Origin: an uncultured Chloroflexia bacterium
GTDB taxonomy: Bacteria; Chloroflexota; Limnocylindria; Limnocylindrales; CSP1-4
Reading direction: 5' to 3'
DNA: 64,000 nt
Assembly: GCA_963746845.1 (NCBI GenBank)
Contig: CAVVCZ010000004.1
Coordinates: 352,001 to 416,000, forward strand
Part shown: positions 59,270 through 64,000 of the stretch, in pieces
Position numbering within the stretch: position 1 is the first letter of the stretch
How the letters are laid out: each line of letters begins with the position of its first letter
The notes under the pieces: generated by a model
What the model was told of the DNA's origin: nothing
What the model saw: only the letters and a program-made list of their open reading frames with translations
The model's database searches: none
Made by a program: the position numbers and the translations under genes

Positions 59270-60307
59270 GTGCCGCCGGCACCGGACCCCGCGCCGGGTT
59301 CCGCGACCGGCTCGTCGTCGGATGCCGCCCCGCCGCCCACCGGCCCGGCCACGCCGCCGCCGAAGCCGCCCGCGAGCTCGGCCCCGCCGCCACCCGGGTC
59401 GGGGCCGCCACCGCCACCGAAGCCGCCGCCCGGCTCACCTCCACCCGGCTCCCCGCCGCCCGGCTCCCCGCCGCCCGGGTCGCCGCCGCCGCCGCCCGGC
59501 CCTGAGCCCGCGCCCGGTCTCGGCGAGCAGGTCTCCGCGACCCGCGAGGCCGCCAGGCGCCTCGTCGAGGCCCATGTCGAGCTCGCCAAGGCCGAGTTCG
59601 CGGAGATCGGCGATTCGGCCAAGCGCGCCTCGATCTACGTGGGGATCGCGGTCGGGACGGCGATCCTCGCGGCGCTGCTCCTGGGCGTCGGCCTGCCGCT
59701 GTTCCTCGGGGAGTGGATCTTCGGATCGATCGGCTGGGGGATCCTGCTCGGGCTCCTGCTCCTGGTCGCCGCCGCGCTCGCCGGCACCCTCCTCGCCCTC
59801 GAGCCCGCGATCAACGCCCACGTCGGCCGGGCGTTCGCGTTCGGAGTCTTCATCGGCATCGTCGTCGCGATCATCTTCGGCGGCAACCTGACGAACGCCG
59901 CGTGGGCCGTGCTCGCCGACAACGTGGCCGGGAACCTCGCGGCCGACTCCCGCCCGCTCGTGGTCGCCCTGATCTCCCTGAGTGCGATCGGGGCCGTGAT
60001 CGGCCTCGTCGTCGGCCTCGCGAATGGGCTCGGCACCCGGGCGATCGGGACGCTCGTCCTCGGTGCTCTGGCCGGCTTCGGGCTCGGCTACCTGACCGCC
60101 GCGGCGCCCGGTCCGCGGGTCGGCATCGCCATCGCGATCGCCGTCGGGCTGGCCGTGTGGATCGCCTACATGGTTCGCGCCCTCGCCGGCGCCGAGTGGG
60201 ACACGGAAGGATTCAAGGCTCGCTACACCCCGACCCGGACCATCCAGGCAACGAAGGAGACCATCGAGTGGGCACGCGAACGGATGCCGCTCTCGAAGCG
60301 CTCGTAG
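59270..60307 (+). CDS. membrane protein with Pro-rich N-terminus and phage-holin-like (YqjE-type) domain
   Basis: PPGSP repeats; LVEAHVELAKAE followed by several TM segments. Confidence 0.7.
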   Translation: MPPAPDPAPGSATGSSSDAAPPPTGPATPPPKPPASSAPPPPGSGPPPPPKPPPGSPPPGSPPPGSPPPGSPPPPPGPEPAPGLGEQVSATREAARRLVEAHVELAKAEFAEIGDSAKRASIYVGIAVGTAILAALLLGVGLPLFLGEWIFGSIGWGILLGLLLLVAAALAGTLLALEPAINAHVGRAFAFGVFIGIVVAIIFGGNLTNAAWAVLADNVAGNLAADSRPLVVALISLSAIGAVIGLVVGLANGLGTRAIGTLVLGALAGFGLGYLTAAAPGPRVGIAIAIAVGLAVWIAYMVRALAGAEWDTEGFKARYTPTRTIQATKETIEWARERMPLSKRS

Positions 60308-60873
60308 CCGCGCGCTCCGACTTCGCGAACGAGGTCGACCGGCTCGAGGCGGCCGGGCGCGCCGCCGTGGACGTCCCCGCCAAGGTCCGGGCGAACCCGG
60401 GCAAGGCGGCGGGTGTCGCCGCGGGCGGCGCATTCCTTGTGGCCGGCGGGCCGCGCCGGGTCTTCCGCCGCGTCCGGCGGGCGGTGACGGGCAAGGAGGC
60501 CGAGCTGCCGTCGGAGCTGTTGCCGAAGGAGATCGAACGGACGCTCAAGAAGATGGGCACCGACGGGAAGGCCGTCCGCGGGACCATCGAGCGCGATTTC
60601 GCCAAGTACCTGGACGACCGGCAGAAGCAGCGCCAGCAGGAAGGCGTGGTCAACGCGCTGACCGGGCTGGTCTCGACGGCCCTCCGGCCGCTCGCGGTCC
60701 GTGGTGGCCAGCGGATCGCCCAGCGCATGCTCGACCCGGATCAGCCAGGCTTCAACGAGCAGCTCGACAGGATCCGCCAGCGCGCGCAGGCCGCGGCGTC
60801 GTCATCTCGTGGTTCGGGCGGCGAGACCGGGGGGAGCGGCTCGCCGGGTGCCCCGAAGGACGCCGGCCTCTAG
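60268..60873 (+). CDS. hypothetical protein coupled to the upstream membrane protein
   Basis: AAGGAG SD before GTG 60268; MGTRTDAALEALVAARSDF... Confidence 0.7.
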   Translation: MGTRTDAALEALVAARSDFANEVDRLEAAGRAAVDVPAKVRANPGKAAGVAAGGAFLVAGGPRRVFRRVRRAVTGKEAELPSELLPKEIERTLKKMGTDGKAVRGTIERDFAKYLDDRQKQRQQEGVVNALTGLVSTALRPLAVRGGQRIAQRMLDPDQPGFNEQLDRIRQRAQAAASSSRGSGGETGGSGSPGAPKDAGL

Positions 60874-60929
60874 TCCGTCCCGGCAGCGCATCTTCAGGGC
60901 GTGCGTGAGCAGGCGCTAGACTCGCCGAC

Positions 60930-61017
60930 GGGCGAGTGGCGGAATGGCAGACGCGCCGGCCTTAGGAGCCGGTGTCCCGTGAGGGACGTGGAGGTTCGAC
61001 CCCTCTCTCGCCTACCA
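60930..61017 (+). tRNA. tRNA-Leu (anticodon TAG)
   Basis: Acceptor stem GGGCGAG/CTCGCCT, anticodon arm CCGGC-CTTAGGA-GCCGG, long variable arm, GGTTCGAC T-loop and encoded CCA; TAGACT -10 box at 60917. Confidence 0.96.
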
Positions 61018-61200
61018 CGTTCGGCGTTGCGACCGATCATCCGGCGACCCGACCGGGCCCGTGGCCACGCGACCCGCCGTTGGTCCGACCGGCCCAGCTC
61101 GGCCGACCCACGCGGATGCCGTTCGGCTCGGGATTCGGTCGAAACAGCACTGACCTGCGAGCCCTGGCGATCGACACCATCGGATCCAGGAGGTGTCGGC

Positions 61201-61722
61201 ATGCGCAGGATCGTCATGGGCATCGCAGCGGCGACGACGGTGGTGATCGGAGCCTTCTGGGTGTGGCGTCGCGACCCGAGGATCGGCTCAGGGTTCGTGA
61301 ACTCGGTCATGAACCCGTGGCTGATCAGCCGCGGGCTGGCGGGCGGCGAGGCGTCCGAGATCGGCATGCTCGAGCACGTCGGACGGAAGTCCGGGATCCG
61401 ACGGCTGACACCAGTGCATCCCGAGCCGACCAGTGAAGGTTTTCGGATCGTGCTGCCGCTCGGGCCGAACTCGCAGTGGGCGCTCAACGTTCTGGCCGCC
61501 GGGCATTGCCGAATGCAGCTCCACGAGACGGTCTACGACCTCGCCGAGCCGACGATGATCCCGGCGGACGACGCCGACAACCTGCCGGCGGCCGTGCGCG
61601 CCGCGATGGCGGGCCTCGGCTTCCGGTACCTCACCCTGCGGACGACCGGCGAACGTCGCGGGGCGCTCATGGCGGCACGCGCTGAGGATTCGCCCGGCCC
61701 CGGGATGCCGGCAGCGGCCTGA
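61201..61722 (+). CDS. deazaflavin (F420)-dependent nitroreductase-family protein
   Basis: LEHVGRKSG..R.TPV and LG.NSQWALNVLAAG; GGAGG SD. Confidence 0.75.
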   Translation: MRRIVMGIAAATTVVIGAFWVWRRDPRIGSGFVNSVMNPWLISRGLAGGEASEIGMLEHVGRKSGIRRLTPVHPEPTSEGFRIVLPLGPNSQWALNVLAAGHCRMQLHETVYDLAEPTMIPADDADNLPAAVRAAMAGLGFRYLTLRTTGERRGALMAARAEDSPGPGMPAAA

Positions 61723-61799
61723 CCGGCCGGATCCGGGCTTCGGTCGCGGTTCGCCCCGATCCGGCTTGCCCGGACAACCTTGGGCTATCCTTCGCGGCG

Positions 61800-63248
61800 A
61801 TGCAGATCACGACCACACCCGCTGCCAAGAGCACCGTCGTCGTCGAGGTCGAGGTCCCGGCCGAACGCCTGACCACAGCCGTGGGCGAGGCGACCCGCGC
61901 CCTCTCCCGCCGCACGCGCGTCCCGGGCTTCCGCCCCGGCAAGGCCCCGCGCGGCGTCCTCGAAGCCGTCCTCGGCCATGGGGCCGTCCTCGATGAAGCC
62001 GTCGACCGGGTCGTCCAGTCGGCCTACCGGGACGCGCTGATCGAGAAGGAGATCCTGCCCCTCACGAACGCCGACGTGGAGATCGTCCAGGCGGAGGAAG
62101 GCAAGCCGCTGATCTTCAAGGCGACGGTCCCCGTCCGCCCGGAGGTCGAGCTCGGTGACTACCGGAACTTCAAGTTCACGCCGGAGATCGAGCCGACAGA
62201 CGACGCCCGAGTCGACAAGGTGATCGAGGAGATGCGCGACACGGGCGCGACGCTCGCCCCGGTCGAAGACCGGCCGGCCCGGAAGGGCGACTACGCCGTC
62301 ATCAAGTACGAGGGCACCCGCGACGGCGTCCCGTTCGATGGCGGCTCGACCGAGCGGATGCCGCTGATCATCGGTGAGGACCGCCTGATCCCGGGCTTCG
62401 AGGACGAGCTCGTCGGTCTGAACGTCGGCGACACGAAGGGCTTCGACATCACGTTTCCCGCCGACTACGGCGAGGAGTCGCTCGCCGGCAACCAGGCCCA
62501 TTTCGAGGTCGAGCTGCGCGAGCTCCGCGAGAAGGTCCTGCCCGACCTCGACGAGGACTTCGTGCGCTCGATGGGCGATTTCGAGGACATGGCCGAGCTC
62601 CGGAGCGAGATCCGCAAGCGGCTCGAACGGAACGCTCTCGACAAGGCGCGACACGGCTTCTCGGACCGGATCATCGAGTACGCGGTCGCGAACTCGACGA
62701 TCGACCTGCCCGACATCCTCGTCGAGCAGGAGGTCGAGGTGATGCACGACGAGTTCCGGAGCGCCCTCGCCCGGCAGGGGATCAGCGACGAGGCGTATGA
62801 GAAGGTCTCGGGCAAGAGCCACGAGGACCTCCACACCGACTTCCGGCCCGACGCCGAGAAGCGCGTCCGGGTCCTCCTCGTTCTGAGCAAGATCGCCGAG
62901 GTCGAGGGCCTGACGATCTCGGACGCCGATGTCGAGACGGAGATCGCCAAGGCTCGCGTCCGGTACGACGGGGACCAGAAGACCCTCCGCTACTTCGACA
63001 GCGAACGCGGCCGGAGCTACATCCGCTCGACGCTCCGCCGCAGCCGCGTCATCGAACAGCTCGTCGACGACTGGCTCGCCGCCCATCCGGAGCAGCCCCC
63101 GATCCCGCACATCGAGGACGGCCCGGCCGAGAGCGTCGACGAGGATCAGGCCCGATCGGTGGCCGCGGTCGACGCGACGGATCCGGGGTCCATCCTGGAG
63201 CCGGACCGCTCCGAAACACCGAGCGACGCCGCGGCGTCCCCCGGTTGA
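61800..63248 (+). CDS. tig: trigger factor
   Basis: PGFRPGKAP ribosome-binding motif and FKBP domain IPGFE. Confidence 0.96.
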   Translation: MQITTTPAAKSTVVVEVEVPAERLTTAVGEATRALSRRTRVPGFRPGKAPRGVLEAVLGHGAVLDEAVDRVVQSAYRDALIEKEILPLTNADVEIVQAEEGKPLIFKATVPVRPEVELGDYRNFKFTPEIEPTDDARVDKVIEEMRDTGATLAPVEDRPARKGDYAVIKYEGTRDGVPFDGGSTERMPLIIGEDRLIPGFEDELVGLNVGDTKGFDITFPADYGEESLAGNQAHFEVELRELREKVLPDLDEDFVRSMGDFEDMAELRSEIRKRLERNALDKARHGFSDRIIEYAVANSTIDLPDILVEQEVEVMHDEFRSALARQGISDEAYEKVSGKSHEDLHTDFRPDAEKRVRVLLVLSKIAEVEGLTISDADVETEIAKARVRYDGDQKTLRYFDSERGRSYIRSTLRRSRVIEQLVDDWLAAHPEQPPIPHIEDGPAESVDEDQARSVAAVDATDPGSILEPDRSETPSDAAASPG

Positions 63249-63304
63249 TCAGCCAGCCCCAGTCCGCCTTCGAGCGACACCCACCGCAGCCCGGGAGACC
63301 CCAG

Positions 63305-64000
63305 ATGCTCGTTCCGATGGTCATCGAGTCCAGCAGCCGTGGAGAGCGCGCCTACGACATCTACTCGCGGCTGCTCCGGGAGCGGATCATCTTCCTCGGC
63401 GACCAGATCGAGGACCATGTCGCCAACCTGATCATCGCCCAGCTCCTGTTCCTCGACTCCGAGGATCCCGAGAAGGACATCAGCCTCTACATCAACTCGC
63501 CCGGCGGCGTGGTGACGAGCGGGCTCGCGATCTACGACACGATGCAGTACGTGCGGGCCCCGGTCGCGACGATCTGCCTCGGGATGGCGGCCTCGATGGC
63601 GGCCGTCCTGCTGGCGGCCGGCGCGGAGGGCAAGCGGTACGCGCTGCCGAACAGCCGGATCATGATCCACCAGGGGTCCGGCGGGTTCCGGGGCGCGGCG
63701 CCGGACGCGATCATCCAGATGAAGGAGTGGGAGTTCCTCGTCCAGCGGAACCACGAGATCCTTGCGAAGCACACCAAGCAGCCGCTGGACAAGGTCATCA
63801 CGGACACGAACCGGGACTTTTTCATGGCTCCCGAGGCGGCCAAGGACTATGGCATCATCGATTACGTCTACACGGCCACGGGCGACTCGCTGATCGCGCG
63901 CGCACATGATCTCGGCCTCGCGGGCGGGGAAGGGGGCGGGGTCCCCAACGCCGCGACGGAGGCCGAGGCCAAGTCCGACGGGGACAAGAAGACGAAGTAG
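63305..64000 (+). CDS. clpP: ATP-dependent Clp protease proteolytic subunit
   Basis: [21 protein letters not shown] and IMIHQ; follows tig. Confidence 0.96.
   Translation: MLVPMVIESSSRGERAYDIYSRLLRERIIFLGDQIEDHVANLIIAQLLFLDSEDPEKDISLYINSPGGVVTSGLAIYDTMQYVRAPVATICLGMAASMAAVLLAAGAEGKRYALPNSRIMIHQGSGGFRGAAPDAIIQMKEWEFLVQRNHEILAKHTKQPLDKVITDTNRDFFMAPEAAKDYGIIDYVYTATGDSLIARAHDLGLAGGEGGGVPNAATEAEAKSDGDKKTK

Noticed and set aside
59380-59500. 15-bp periodic repeat
   Set aside because: Explained by the PPGSP low-complexity coding sequence.
59270-60873. Prophage lysis module suggested by the holin-like domain
   Set aside because: No phage genes nearby; this family is commonly chromosomal.
61018-61790. 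Integrative element at tRNA-Leu
   Set aside because: No integrase and no duplicated tRNA 3' end were seen; there is only one intervening gene.

Overview
High-GC bacterial chromosomal segment. The gene content (form I CO dehydrogenase, many leaderless promoters, tig-clpP) suggests a soil Chloroflexota or Actinobacteria-like organism; this taxonomy is an inference only. Most of the window is ordinary metabolism: coxMSL-xdhC-coxG, an ABC transporter/rsgA/GNAT operon, an AAA/VWA pair, amine and polyamine uptake and catabolism genes, mrp, crp, cinA, tRNA-Leu(TAG), tig and clpP. The standout is the first 6.6 kb. Six same-orientation copies of a 22-24 bp motif (GMTRRACCYTTMCCTTGCAYTG-ST; starts at 2153, 3275, 4364, 5147, 6252, 6543) separate unrelated, co-oriented single genes, like an integron-style cassette array. 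The repeat is not an attC site, not a CRISPR repeat, and no recombinase is encoded in the window. Other notable items are a leader-peptide/terminator attenuator upstream of the ABC-rsgA-GNAT operon, a possible cyclase-phosphodiesterase-Crp cAMP module, a hydrophobic insertion in the PotB EAA loop, several MITE/ERIC-like hairpin elements, and three single frameshifts that may be sequencing errors. Products were assigned by eye from motifs; no database searches were run.
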